From Octopus vulgaris (lineage: Eukaryota), in NCBI GenBank assembly GCA_951406725.2, contig OX597815.1, positions 175,584,001-175,648,000 of the forward strand: 64,000 nucleotides of DNA. Reading direction: 5' to 3'. Below are positions 1-12,360 of the stretch, in pieces (the first letter of the stretch is position 1; each line of letters begins with the position of its first letter). Below the pieces are notes generated by a model. It saw nothing but the letters and a program-made list of their open reading frames with translations. It made no database searches and was not told where the DNA came from. A program made the position numbers and the translations under genes.

Positions 1-755
1 AACGCTGCCATTACCATTACTTATGATCTTTAAGAAGTATTGTTGTTGTTCCAGAGTTAAGGTGCTTGGTTAGCTTCAGAAACTAATGACAAACAAGAAA
101 ATCTGTAAAGAATTAACAGTCTACAAGCTCAACGATGTTCTCAGGGAGGCCTAAACATCCAAAGATCAACAAAACAGTCTAAACCGGAAAATCTTTCAGC
201 CCGTGGACTATAGACAACTTCCAGAAATCACTCTTCTGATTGTGCTACCAGGAAATACTGCTAGTCTAAATTAAACTCTTCAATCTAGAAAGTGTCGTCA
301 ACCAAGCCTGACTGAGATGAGTGTAGGGATACCAAACTTTCTGCATGGAGTCGCTCTGTTTCTGAGTATCTCTCATATGTGGAGTTTTGTTGAACAATCA
401 TCATCGCATGCCCCACAACTTGGCTTTTGTGGTTTGTCGAATTAATCAAGGTGGATGACTGATTGGAGAAGGCAGCTAACTTTGTATCTACCTCGGTGGC
501 CTGCCTTGATGAGGTACAGTGAAAAACCAATAACAAGAGGCGCATCTCTCAGTTGTCCGAAGTTTCATTCATCTAATTTGGATGATATGAGATTTGAAGT
601 TTACGAAAACAACCAGAAATGTTTGGCAACATATTGGTAGATGACTACTGTATGCGGTGGGGGTGATTGTGGTAGCACTTCTGAGAAAGGAAACTGATAC
701 AGCTTTAGTGTATACACAAATAAATACACAAATAAATTAACAGAGACCCAGAATG

Positions 756-939
756 TGTTAGTGAAAGATTTATTCAGTTAAGTACACGAGGGCAACAGCT
801 GCCAATCCACTCCTGCTTCACAGAAGCCCGCTTAACCGGAAGCCCACTTTGCTGCAGACCAGCTCCCTAGCTAACTGCAGCAAAGTTCCTGTCTACAGTT
901 TGTTTGTCATAAATCCTTGGGCAGTGCCCTACACTAACA
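756..939 (-). mobile_element. Candidate solo LTR
   Basis: tgttagtg...cactaaca terminal inverted repeat (TG..CA), AATAAA on minus strand, imperfect 4-bp flanks aatg/aagg. Confidence 0.35.
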
Positions 940-1412
940 AAGGGACATAATCGATAAATTCGGGCCCTTAACTCTGCCAAGGCATTTGTTGAAAGTGGTT
1001 TCGTAGAGAAGAGATCTATCTACAACAGCCTCCACATTTCATATGGACGATATATCCGTAATGATTCAGGATTCCACAAAAGTGGAGCTGGTTGACAGGA
1101 GAAAAGGTAAGTTTACAGACTTTCAGCCTATTCACCTGCAGAAAGAAGGTTATACTGTCGAACAGCAACTTTAGGGCTGGACAGACAATCTGTTGAAACT
1201 ACTCAGAGCCTGGTTTTGTTTGGATCTCCTGGACGAGGGATGTGAGTGTGAGATCCAGCCTTACTCAGAAATCTCACACACTATTTCTTCCAACTCTTAT
1301 ATTATTAGTTTAAATCCTGAGGCTTTCCAGTTAGCCTTTCATCCTAACCCCGGAATCAATAAAATAGATGACCAGTCAGCTACTGGAGCCGATAGGCCTG
1401 TATCAGAAGCAA

Positions 1413-1502
1413 CTGCTGCTGCTGCTGCTGTTCTTCTTCTTCTTCTTCTTCTTCTTCTTCTTCTTCTTCTCCTCCTCCTCCTCCTTCTCCTCCTCCTCCT
1501 CT
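1413..1502. repeat. Compound microsatellite (CTG)n(CTT)n(CTC)n
   Basis: direct reading; source of the poly-Ala/poly-Leu ORF 1193-1585. Confidence 0.95.
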
Positions 1503-1536
1503 CCCCTTCACCCTCCCCCTCCTCCTTTGCTATGCT

Positions 1537-1764
1537 GAAGGCAGTGAAGTGTTCGAATTGTTTGTACGCTGAACAAAATACTTAACCACATTTCATCCGT
1601 CTTTACGTTCTGTATTCAAATTTCGCCAAAGTTGTCTTTGCCCCTCTTCCTTTTGGGGTCAATGAAATTAGTCTCAGTTGAACACTGGGGGGCTGGGGAT
1701 GGGTTGTCAACTTACCTCCGCACAAAGTTCAAGTCTCGTGCCTAGAGTAGAAAGGATTATTATT
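1537..1764 (+). mobile_element. tRNA-derived SINE family 1 (Meta-domain-like body), diverged copy
   Basis: aligns by eye to copy at 10419; tail ...gtgcctagagtagaaaggattattatt. Confidence 0.75.
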
Positions 1765-2105
1765 GTTGCGTAGAGTGTAGGACAAAATGCCTTGTGGTCA
1801 TTGGTCATTCCTCTTTATGTTCTGAGTTTAAATCACGTTTGTACCCACTCTGAATTTATCCTTCCTTTCCGTGGTCAATAAACTCATTATTTATCCCGCA
1901 ATCAGATCAAATGTCATGGGAACATATACCTATCTTACAAATCATTTAGTATATCTTTAATATAAGCAACACTTACTTTTTAATCGCTTTGTATTATTTC
2001 ATTCCAGCCCTCCTCTATATTTTGAGTTTATAATCTACTAACATTGCAATAGTAATAATTATTTTATTACGGATGTTGTGAGTTTGCCGATTCTCTCTCT
2101 TTCAG

Positions 2106-2247
2106 AATGCCTTTGCCATCAACAGAGTCACTGGGGATATTAGCTTAAAGATGAAGCTATACCACAGTTTGGTGGCTACAATCGCATTTGTAGTCCAAGC
2201 TCGGGACTTGAACGCCGATGTTAGCAGCAGCAGTCAGGTTGCCCAAG
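2106..2247 (+). CDS. Cadherin-like gene, first exon visible in window (end of an EC repeat)
   Basis: ttcag|AAT...CAAG|gtgag; encodes NAFAINRVTGDISLKMKLYHSLVATIAFVVQARDLNADVSSSSQVAQ; phase 0 to 1, matches next exon. Confidence 0.9.
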
Positions 2248-3809
2248 GTGAGCACTTACTTCCTAAACTATAATTAGCGTTAATGTCGTGGCCGCTACCA
2301 TCGTCGTTGTCATTCTCCTCCTTCTCCCCCTCCCCACCTCCATCATTATCATTAACAATGCACTAACAGCAATCACATTGAAAGTAAATATATTTTTTAT
2401 AAGAATAAGACCAGTTCAGTCGACATAAGTATGTCGGGAAGTGAATTAGCCTCCGGTATCTTACTAACCCTAATTACTTCAACTTTCATAAAAGGTGACG
2501 TTGATCAGTAAGGGTTTGGAATCAGTACAGGAATAACACAAAGCTAAATTTACTTCTCAGAGGTGTTGCGGGAGATATTCTACAGAAAGAAATATGGAAA
2601 TCAGGTCATTCGTTATCTTTTCCAAGATTAGCCGTGTCAGTGTTTTCATTAAATAAAACAAAAAAAAAAAAACCCATATCGAAGCTAATTTACGTACATT
2701 ATAGTCCCCAACTGCGAACTGGCCGAACGGTCATATATAGTAAGAAATGCTTATCTTTTCCAGAAGAAATTGTGAAACTTTTCCAATCAATAACTAAAAA
2801 GTGGGTTACGTACCTGATATACTTGCTTCATGGAGATTCCCTGATCTTTTAAAGTGCTTCGAAGTTGCTGCTTCTAAAAATATTTCCTATTTTAATGGCT
2901 GTGGTTGTCATTTATGAGCTAAATTTCCCTGCAAATGATTCTTCTAAAAAAGTTGCATAAATTAAGTGCAAATCTCCACTAAAAGTCAATTGATTAGAAC
3001 AGCCAAACATTCTGTAGAAAACGAGTGGAAGGTATACTGAAAGTGTTGTAGGGAATTAGGAATAATGGTCCACCATTCCCACATGACAAGTGGTATAAGA
3101 CAGTACGAGAGAGTAAGTAGTAGGCGGTCAGAGATAGTCTTGTCTTTACTTGTTTTACTAAGTATACTGTATACCAAAGTGAGCGCTATAACAAGCCCAC
3201 ATTTTAAGGATTATAACAGAAAGACAGGTCTTAAGACAGGCATAAATTTTCCCAGAGACTTTCAAGCTGAGGATAAAGAAAATTTCTCTTAAATTATTCA
3301 CAAGTGTTAAAAGGTTGCTGCTTGGAGATAACCCTAATTGAATTTGTTGATCGTATCTGAGCTGCAGGTTTGAAATCCTTCCCTTCTTGTCTCTGATCCT
3401 GCTTAATTTTATCGGTTGACTAACAACAAACATCACTTGAAAGATGGATTCAACAGTTAGTAGTGAGGGCAAGACTGACCAGCAGCTTGTTTCCCTGTCT
3501 GATAGCAAGAGAACCTAAACTGAAAGGCCTCTGGCAAGTTTCAGAATTCAGCAACATTTTGGTTAGGTCTTGAACAGAGTTCAGACCAGGTTTTCAGCTC
3601 TTTCTCAAAACCATATTTTGTCAGTTAAAATTCGAAGAAGTGCAGATAGTAAGATAATTAACAGATTCTTATATTATTTAGAAAAAAGAGAGGTGAGATA
3701 TTGAAATTTTCTCCAAAGGCTTTATATTTCAAGTGAAAGAGAATAACTTTTGCCCAGATTTGGCATCACCAGGCACTCTCAGTTCAAGCGAAGTTACTTA
3801 AATATTGGT

Positions 3810-4022
3810 ATCAAATTTTGTCACAAGGTCAGCAAGTTCATGAGAGGGGCTAAGCCAATTACATCAACCCTTGTGCTCAATTGGTACCTATTTTTATCGA
3901 CCCTGAAAGAATGGAATGCAAAGTTGACCATGGCGGAATTTGAACTCAGAAGGTAGTGACAGACGAAATGCTGCTAAGCATTTTACCCACCCTGCTAACG
4001 ATTCTGACTGTTCGCTGTCTTA
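3810..4022 (-). mobile_element. SINE family 1 copy
   Basis: gaatttgaactcagaa (B-box complement), gctaacgattctg. Confidence 0.75.
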
Positions 4023-4592
4023 AGTTATCTAAACATTGCTAATTAATATTTGTTGGTTTCCCTGTTATGTACTTATTAAATAAACTACTTAAAAATTGTG
4101 GTTAATTGTATCTTTTATCTTTTACTTGTTTCAGTCATTAGATTGTGGCCATGCTGGGGCACCGCATGGCCACAGTCAAATTGATTTCTAATACTATTGT
4201 TGTACTCTTGTAGCATACAGGCTTATTTGGATTTATATAACAAGATGTAATAATGACTGGTTCTCATTTTAGATTCAGTGGGTGAATCTAATTTGTGAGA
4301 TTTGAACATAACTAGAAGATAGACTGAACTAAATCCAATAACTGGACACTCTCGTGTTCCTTCTACTTCAGCGTGGAATTTTAAATTATTCATTAAATCT
4401 GCTGAGTTGAAAGCAATGAAAAAAAGTTCCTTAACTGAAGTTCTGCAAGAGCTTTCTATTATGGTATTTTCGTGCTGTTCCATCTGACTTCACGTTCTAA
4501 CTCAGTAAAATGATATTTGTGAAGCAAAAGTATATTAAAATCTTCAATAAAAAATACATGAACATGTTAAAATACTCTTTTTTTATTTACAG

Positions 4593-4823
4593 CTCGAGTC
4601 GTAATAATTACACAAGCATCACAGAGAACAGAACCTTTCTTTATACCTGAGACACCTGGTCAAAGTAAAAAGATCTATGAAATAGAAGTCCCAGAAGACA
4701 AACAGGTTGGACTTTTGTTAACAACGGTCAGGGCCAAAGATCCCAAAACTGATCAGTTTGTATCTGACTACACTTTAGCGCCGGGTGGACAAGACAAAGG
4801 GTTCTTCAATGTTACAAGAAATG
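4593..4823 (+). CDS. Cadherin-like gene exon 2
   Basis: ttacag|CT...AATG|gtagg; ARVVIITQASQRTEPFF...YEIEVPEDKQVGLLLTTVRAKDPKT...FFNVTRNG; phase 1 to 1. Confidence 0.92.
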
Positions 4824-5032
4824 GTAGGTTGAATGATTGATATTATTTTCTTCAACTTACTTCCTCACTCTATAATTTGCACAAGTTTTGTGTTATCATT
4901 GTAATAAGATGGAGAGATGAAAAAATTTTGCTATTCGTAAATATGAAGCTGTATAGTTCCATTTGACTTCATATTAGCTTGCTTGATAGCTTATAATTAT
5001 TTAGCTGTATTAATAACCATTATTGAACTGCA

Positions 5033-5072
<40 letters not shown>

Positions 5073-5084
5073 TAACAATAATGG

Positions 5085-6050
5085 AAGTGAAGAATTGAAG
5101 GTGATATTCTACCTTTGTGTAAAGATCTGAGCCACATAGAAGAGTGGTCCAATGGGGAATTGAAACATGGAAAATAAAATGCAAGGGCATATCTTGACGA
5201 GAAGTACCAAATAGAAAAGAAAAGGTTCAAAACTGTCACTGAAACCTTAAAACAATATGTGTGGGCTAAAACATTGAAGGGGCAGCGCTACACTGATTGC
5301 ATATCGCTGTTCCAACTGAAAGCCTAATCATTGTGGCTTCGGACCAGGAATTGAATAGCAACTCAGTGAAAAAGAATATATACCACACTAGAGCATTGGA
5401 CCTCTGCAGAATGTGTGGGAAGAGGGTCGAGAGTGTGACTCAGATTGTTGGTGCTTGTGAAAGTCTTGCGCAGAAAGAGTACAAGAGTAGACACGACAAA
5501 GTAACCCGAAACCTTCACTGATTGCCGTAAGTTTCGATATGAGGTTACGAGTGCTTGGTACCAACACACACACTGGAAAATGAAATGGACAAAAAAGGAA
5601 AGGCTCTGTGACTTTGACTTCCAGACAGACAAGGTATTAGAACACTGAAGGCTGGATATAGTAACCTTTAGGAGGGACAAAGAAGAGTGTCTAATAATCG
5701 ACGTGGCAGTGCCAGATCAACAGATCATCATGAAAGAAAGAGAAAAAGTTGATAAATATGGAGAGCTGAGAATTGAGATCACTAAGATGTAGCAGCTACG
5801 AGAGTTGAACATAAAGGTTATCTGGTTATCCCTATTGACATCGGAGCAGTGGGTTCAATACCACCCAATCTGAAAAAAAACATTTGTAAACCTTAGAAAT
5901 ACTCTATAATCTCGATGTATTGCAAAAGTCATCATTACTTGAAACTGGATGCATGTTGTGTAAAGTGCTGTTTGTCTGAGGTCCTTGTTGTAACTTGACA
6001 AACAGTACAATATCTTCAATCAACAATCTCACAATACTGTGCGATGTCTA
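5085..6050 (+). mobile_element. R4/Dong-like non-LTR retrotransposon 3' fragment (zinc knuckle plus restriction-like endonuclease), decayed
   Basis: CRMCGKRVESVTQIVGAC...RHDKV, DFQTD, RLDIV...IIDVAVP...EKVDKY, IGAVGSIP; (AAT)n on both sides. Confidence 0.85.
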
Positions 6051-6077
6051 CAATAATAATAATAATAATAATAAAAA

Positions 6078-6217
6078 TAATCCTTTCTACTATAGGCACA
6101 AGGCCTGAAATTTGGAGGGAGTGGGGCCAGTCAATTAGATCAACCCAGTATGCAACTGCTACTTAATTTATCAACCCCGAAAGGATGAAAGGCAAAGTCG
6201 ACCTCGGCGGAATTTGA

Positions 6218-6250
<33 letters not shown>

Positions 6251-6637
6251 TTTCAAATTTTACCACAAGGCCAGTAATTTTGTGGGTGGTGGGGATAGTT
6301 GGTTACATTGATCCCATTGTTTCACTAGTACTTAACTTATCAGCCTCCTAAAGGATGAAAGACAAAGTTGACCTTGGAGAAATTTGAACTCAGAACGTAA
6401 CAGCAGATGAAACGCTAATAATAATAATTATAATCCTTTCTACTATAGACACAAGGCCTGAAATTTGATGGGAGGAGGCCAATCGATTAGATCAACCCAG
6501 TATACAACTGGTACTTAATTTATTGACCCCCCCCCAAAAAAAAGGATGAATGGCAGAAGTTGAACTCAGAACGTAAAGGCATGAAATACCGCTAAGCATT
6601 CCACCCGGCATGCTAACAATTCTGCCAGCTCGCTGCC

Positions 6638-6640
<3 letters not shown>
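6078..6640 (-). mobile_element. Three stacked SINE family 1 copies separated by (AAT)n
   Basis: repeated cacaaggcc...aaggatgaa...gaactcagaacgtaa units at about 6078, 6250 and 6430. Confidence 0.85.

Positions 6641-6711
<71 letters not shown>
6640..6711. repeat. (AAT)n immediately followed by (ATT)n, palindromic microsatellite
   Basis: direct reading. Confidence 0.9.
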
Positions 6712-7409
6712 TGAGAAATTTTTCACTCTATAAATTGCATTCCTATTCAGCTGTTTCAAGTTGAAATCAAATTGATAACGAATCAGGGCTGAAATAGTAT
6801 TCTATGTTGATGACCAGACCTCCGTGTCTATCTTTGCATGGAAAAGCACTATTAGTAGAGTAGGGACATTTTTCAACCAATTTCACTCACGTTTGTCAAT
6901 AGGAACAAATTCTTCCTTGAATGATAACACTTTCAGTGGAAATCCTCATATTAATGTCCCTCTACAGTCCAACTAGTGTATGGGATAAAAATGATGTATG
7001 TAGATGAGAACCAGCAAATACCCTTAACAATCAACAGAAATGGTCAATATCTGCAGGAATTTGGTCCAGAAAATGGATTATCATGATTTAGTAAAAATGT
7101 CCAGAAAACATTAATTTTGGACATACACTTTTCAACATGGAGTAATAACTCAATTATTAATTCATAAATTAGAACCGGATAGTGTTTAACTGGTAGTTAT
7201 TTAACGACCCCAAAAGGATGAAGGGTAAAGTAAACAGAATTAGAACTCAGAACCTAAAGATGGATGGAATACTGCTAACTATTTTGCTCGGTGTGCTAAC
7301 CATTCTGCCAGCTCTGCCCCCCCCCCCCCATATTTAGCCCAAACTATTAACTGAAGCAAATCGTTAACATATCACTGATTCAATGGATCAATCTTTGTTT
7401 TAATTCCAG

Positions 7410-7573
7410 GTGAAGTTATTCTGATCAAAGAACTCGACTATGAAAATAAGGGCTATTCAAACCCCCTCAAGTTTGATATAATAGCTATTGCTGACTCACA
7501 ACGTAATGCCACAGCAGGAATGGTAATCACGGTAAAAGACATCAACGACAACTTACCCAAGTTCACGAAAAGT
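7410..7573 (+). CDS. Cadherin-like gene exon 3
   Basis: ccag|GT...AGT|gttagt; GEVILIKELDYE...VITVKDINDNLPKFTKS (LDYE and DxNDN motifs); phase 1 to 0. Confidence 0.95.
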
Positions 7574-7756
7574 GTTAGTATAAGTCAGTAGTTAATCTCT
7601 CTCACTCTTTCTTTCCCACTTGTCCTTTTCATACATGCATACAAACATACATACAAACATACGTACATGCATAAATACACAAATGCATACATACGTATGT
7701 ACATACATACATGCAGACATGTGAACATACAAACATACGTACATGCATACATACAT

Positions 7757-8525
7757 ACATTCGCATTTGTACCTACAATCATAGTCTATGTATCTACAAA
7801 TTTATACAAAATCCTAGATAAACAAGGTTTTCTGAAGAAAGATAAAAAGAAACTGACTGGCATTCTCTATTCCAATCTAGTTGTGGCACTGTGAAGATTC
7901 ATAAGTTATTCCAAAGATTTTCCATCTGAGATTCTTGAGATGAGTAGATTCACAGCTCAACTACATACTTACAAATACTGGAAACTCTCCCAACTCAAAA
8001 AATCTTGTCGCTTTGTTTGCAACCAGCTTGAACTCTCTTAAGAAGAGCTTAAATAAAACTCAGAACATACGTACATACATGCATACATACGTACATATAT
8101 ACTGTTGAGAAATCTGTAGTTACTCTATCCAGATTACAAATTCAGGTTTATACCTGTAATAATTGGGGCCCTGGGATATGTAACAGACTGCCTAAATACC
8201 AATCTTGAGAAATTAGGCTTCTCAAAACCAGAAAGGAGAAAGCTAATTCAAAGACTACAGATCCAATCCATCACTGGAACTGTAAAAATCTGTAAAACTT
8301 TCCAGAAGTTTATCATTTAAATATATATGAGCATGTTTAGATATGCAACTATATGCATGAGAAGACATACATAAAACAAAACATACAAATCTGCACACAT
8401 ACATACATACAAACAAAAATACTGTTGTTGATGTCAAAATTCCAATGAAGGAGCTTTGGATCTAGGTTAGAAACCAGCTCTTTTCTCTATTGGCAAGAAA
8501 ACTTGAAATAAAACTGAACAATGAC
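7757..8525 (+). mobile_element. Two tandem 3' ends of RLE-type (R4-like) retroelements embedded in (CATA)n
   Basis: FAFVPTIIV..YVSTNLYKILDKQGF..GTVKIHKLFQRFSI-stop and FRFIPVIIGALGYVTDCLNTNLEKLGF...GTVKICKTFQKFII-stop, each followed by UTR and catac repeats. Confidence 0.7.
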
Positions 8526-8623
8526 ATATGTATATAAATACATGGATACATGCATACACATATACATACATAAATACGTACACACACCTTCTGTGGAAAA
8601 AAAAAATACACCTTTACATAACC

Positions 8624-8659
<36 letters not shown>

Positions 8660-8875
8660 CACAGATTTGTACAGATATGTCTTTTCTACTTTTTAATTAT
8701 CATAAATCTTCCACTGAGCAGGGAGCCAGTTTCCAACAAAGATAAAAGACTCTATTTTTGGGATGTAATTAACAGACAAATCCATATTTGGAATTTGAGA
8801 AAAGTCTTACATAGTTTTACTGTTCCACTCACAGATTGCACACACACACACACATTTATATGTATGTATGTATAT

Positions 8876-9015
8876 TAGGAGGTTAAAAGTTATAGCATAA
8901 AGTGACCATTGGTTTTGAAGCTATAAAGTACCAAGCCATATATGGTGTTGCTAAGCGTTTTACAGGTGCAAAACCAATGGTCATTCTATGACCAGCCTTA
9001 ACTTTTAACTTCCTA
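8876..9015. mobile_element. Foldback MITE
   Basis: taggaggttaaaagtta / taacttttaacttccta outer IR and tgaccattggtttt / aaaaccaatggtca inner IR. Confidence 0.65.
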
Positions 9016-9064
9016 AAATATATATTATTGCTCTAATGTATTGGTGTGCTTCTTTTTCGGATCT

Positions 9065-9375
9065 ATTATAGCCTCAGGTTGACCAAAGCCTTGTGAGTGG
9101 ATTTGGTAGACAGAAACTGAAAGAAGCCTGTCATATATATATTTATATATTTACGTGCGTGTGTGTCATCATGTCTATATTTGTCCCTCATCTCAACCAT
9201 CACTTGATAATCTATGTTGGTGTGTTTACATCCCCGTAACTTAGCAGTTCAGCATAAGAGGCCGATAAAATAAGTACCAGGTTTACAAAGAATAAGTCCT
9301 GGGATTGATTTGTTTAACTAAAAAGGTGGTGCTCCAGCATGGCTGCAATCAAGTGACCGAAACAAGCAAAAGAAT
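9065..9375 (+). mobile_element. SINE family 2 (CORE-like), headless copy
   Basis: matches copy at 30935 from gaccaaagccttgtgagtgg to ggtgctccagcatggctgca. Confidence 0.8.
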
Positions 9376-10070
9376 CCAGGTAATAATTTTATTATTACCT
9401 GTATTCTACCTCATTTTAACAACTGGAAAACATCGTATTTGTTAGAAGCTGATGTTTATCTTAGTCATCTCACAGCCAGCAGACATATGAAGGAAGCCAT
9501 TCTCGCTGTGACCCTCCTTCTTTTCTCAGACACGGTGCCTGGGATCACATTGTCCAACGTTTCTTCTTTTAGGACAACAGAACGTGACTCGCAAATATTT
9601 TAAGCAGTTCTAATGACAACACAGATGCACTTTTGTTGAGGAGAAGTTTATTATTTTCCTGAAATTACAGAAACATCCAGTTACTAAGACCTGTGAAACG
9701 ATTTACTCAACTAAATTAACATCCTATTTAAACACTGAATACGATAAACTGGATTTCCCATTCCATTTCAAGACAACAACAATATATTCCTGTTTGCATA
9801 CTTTTCGCACTCACTCTTTATGCCACAAAATACCAACCGTTTCCTCAAATTCTGGTAATCATCATCTTACTTTGATATAAATTTGTAGGAAAATGTAATG
9901 GTTTCATTTTAACGATTGACTTTACAATTTGTTACTCTATTGAAGTGGAAATAAGGTGACAAAATCTATCAGAGATGAGTTTTAATTAATTAGCAAGTCA
10001 TGTAATGGTTCAGGCACTTCAACCAAATTTATGAATAATTACTAATGTTATTGTATAATATTTTATGCAG

Positions 10071-10217
10071 GTATATACTTTTGAGGTGAAAGAAACTACT
10101 CTCTATCCAAATGTTGTTGGCAGGGTTTCAGCAAGTGATAATGACGAAGGAGAAAACAGCAGGATTTCCTATTTTCTTAAAGGTCCTAACCGTAATGATT
10201 TCCACATCACTGAATCC
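10071..10217 (+). CDS. Cadherin-like gene exon 4
   Basis: tgcag|GTA...TCC|gtaagt; VYTFEVKE...VGRVSASDNDEGENSRISY; phase 0 to 0. Confidence 0.95.
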
Positions 10218-10418
10218 GTAAGTACAATCGTAACTTTACTATTATGAATTCTACTCTTAATCGTCTTGTAACACGGACCGTTTTCTCTTCAAGAGTGTGT
10301 AACAGTTAAAAGGTTATAAACCATCAACTTGAAACTATGTTTGCTCTACTCCATCCTGTTCACACATCACAGATACAGATGCATAAGTGGATATAGATGA
10401 GCAAGCTGTTTACTTTTT

Positions 10419-10610
10419 TAAGGCGGCGAGCTGGCAGAATCGTTAGCATGCCGGGCGAAATGCATAGCCGTATTTCGTCTGCCTTTACGTTCTGAGTTCA
10501 AATTCCGCCGAGGTCGACTTTGCCTTTCATCCTTTCGGGGTTGATATATTAAGTACCAGTTACACACTGGGGTCGATCTAATCGACTTAATCCACTTACC
10601 TGTCCTTATA
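10419..10610 (+). mobile_element. tRNA-derived SINE family 1, well-preserved copy
   Basis: A-box-like agctggcagaatcgttagc, B-box gagttcaaattcc, body gcctttcatcctttcggggttgat...aagtaccag; further copies near 7170, 13839, 24225, 28370, 33960, 41385, 51935, 62860. Confidence 0.9.
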
Positions 10611-11628
10611 AATAAAGAAATAAGCTGTTTATTTTTTCGAAACATAGTATTTTTGTGTAGATATATAAAAACAAGAATTGTGGAGTCATTGCTTTTTTTA
10701 ATTGGTTTAGTGTAATTATTGACAAGCCATCCAGACAACTAATTATCGTAACTCATATTTTGATATTGACACAATAACGTGTCAACTCTTTCAAAATTTG
10801 GATCCAAACTTGTGTTTTTCATTATAATTTTCAATCTTTCCCTCACCTTATACATCCAGACACCTGAGTATGTTTAGAAAAGGTAGATATACCTGCCGTA
10901 CAGGTCTCGTTTAAGTAAAAGGAAACATTATGCAAATTCTATCTGTCTGTCTGACTGTCTACCTATCCACCTACCCACCCACCTACTTATGCACATGAGT
11001 GTATATGTGTACATGCACCACTACTATCATGCTATCAAAACCACTCCACCACAACCCCACACAGTTCAACCACAGCACAAATAGCAGCCAAATTTCACTT
11101 GAATTATTCCCGGCCTTTTAGAAAAAAGGACTTATTAGAACATGTCGCTTAAAACACTAAACTCCATAGACCAAAGGTAACTTTGAGATAAACTATATCA
11201 GCCATCACCACTGCCACCACCACCACCACCACCACCATCACTCTGAGTGTTTTGATTCTGGAATTGTCTTGATGAAAGAATGATTTCAGACTTTTTAACT
11301 GACGATCCCACATTTTTGAGAACTGTACCAGTTTTACGCCAATTCAGGACTTGACTGGGAGCTATTTTATGGACACTCATCAGGATGAAGAATGAAGTCC
11401 AAATTCATGTTTTTTTGCTAAGAACATTATTTGCAAGTCGTTTAACACTCTACCACTTTTTTATCACTTTGCTTTTGAAAAGAACAAGAAATCCACTAGA
11501 TTTGAACCTTGTACCTGTCAATTATCTAGAAAGTGTCCTAACAGTTGTATCATTCTTCAGTTTCTCAATACAAATTAAAGGAATGATCATTGTTTAATAA
11601 AATATTCTCATCTTTATTATATTTTCAG

Positions 11629-11748
11629 GGAGATATCATCGTAAACCGTGGTGCAGAATTAGATTATGAAACTACTAAGATTTACAATCTTCAAGTGGTT
11701 GCCACAGACAATCCTACAGGCCAGGTGCATCAAAAGACAGCCGTTAAG
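11629..11748 (+). CDS. Cadherin-like gene exon 5
   Basis: ttcag|GGA...AAG|gtaaat; GDIIVNRGAELDYETTKIYNLQVVATDNP; phase 0 to 0. Confidence 0.95.
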
Positions 11749-12000
11749 GTAAATCTATATCATTTATCATTTAGCAGGCTGGAAAGCAGAGCATTCTCCA
11801 ATCGAAGTCAGATGTAGAGGGTTTGTTGGACACAGTGTGAGACGACTGTTGTTATTGTTAGGCCTAACTCATCGTAAAGTCAATACCACCATGACCGATA
11901 TCCAATCTACAGTGGAGAAGGCTAGCCACTGGATTTGGTTAAAAAGAGTCGATGAGCAATGGCTAGAAGAATATTGAGCTTTATTTGATAACCAGCTGAT

Positions 12001-12112
12001 CTAGCAAGCGGGGCCTCATATCAGTGAGCGGGGCTGGTGCACGTTGATGCCGTCGAGAGGTAGGCCCCGAAACGGCGCGCATTCTCTCCTGATGACCCCA
12101 AACACTTGCTGG
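12001..12112 (+). ncRNA. Structured GC-rich RNA element with hammerhead core segments in permuted order
   Basis: gccGTCgagagg, GAAAcggc, tctctcCTGATGA with complementary stems I and III; closed by ctagcaag/cttgctgg; stem II not canonical. Confidence 0.45.
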
Positions 12113-12164
12113 CTTCCGTATGCAGAGCCTTCTACTGGTAGCACTTGCACATGCAAGTTGTTTG

Positions 12165-12360
12165 CAAGACACATAAAAAGCACTGATGCTGGTGTCATGC
12201 AAAAAGTACCCAGTACACTCTGTGAAATGGTTGGCGTTACGGAGGGTATCCAGCTGTAGAAACAAGGGAGTCCAGTGTAGCTCTCCATCTTGCCAGCTCT
12301 TCTCAAACTGTCCAACCCATGCCAGCATGGAAATCGGACATTTAATGATGAAGATGAGGA
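12165..12360 (+). mobile_element. RTE 3'-tail fragment
   Basis: ggttggcgttacggagggtatccagctgtagaaac...ccaacccatgccagcatggaa...(atg)n, same as 3' end of LINE at 16391. Confidence 0.8.

Noticed and set aside
1029-1106. Possible exon ending AAAG|gtaagt
   Set aside because: No cadherin motifs, and the open frame ends in phase 1 while the next exon needs phase 0
1193-1585. 130-aa ORF with poly-Ala/poly-Leu stretch resembling a TM or signal peptide
   Set aside because: Translation of a compound trinucleotide microsatellite running into a SINE
10419-10512. tRNA gene
   Set aside because: A/B boxes present but no cloverleaf; it continues into a multi-copy SINE body
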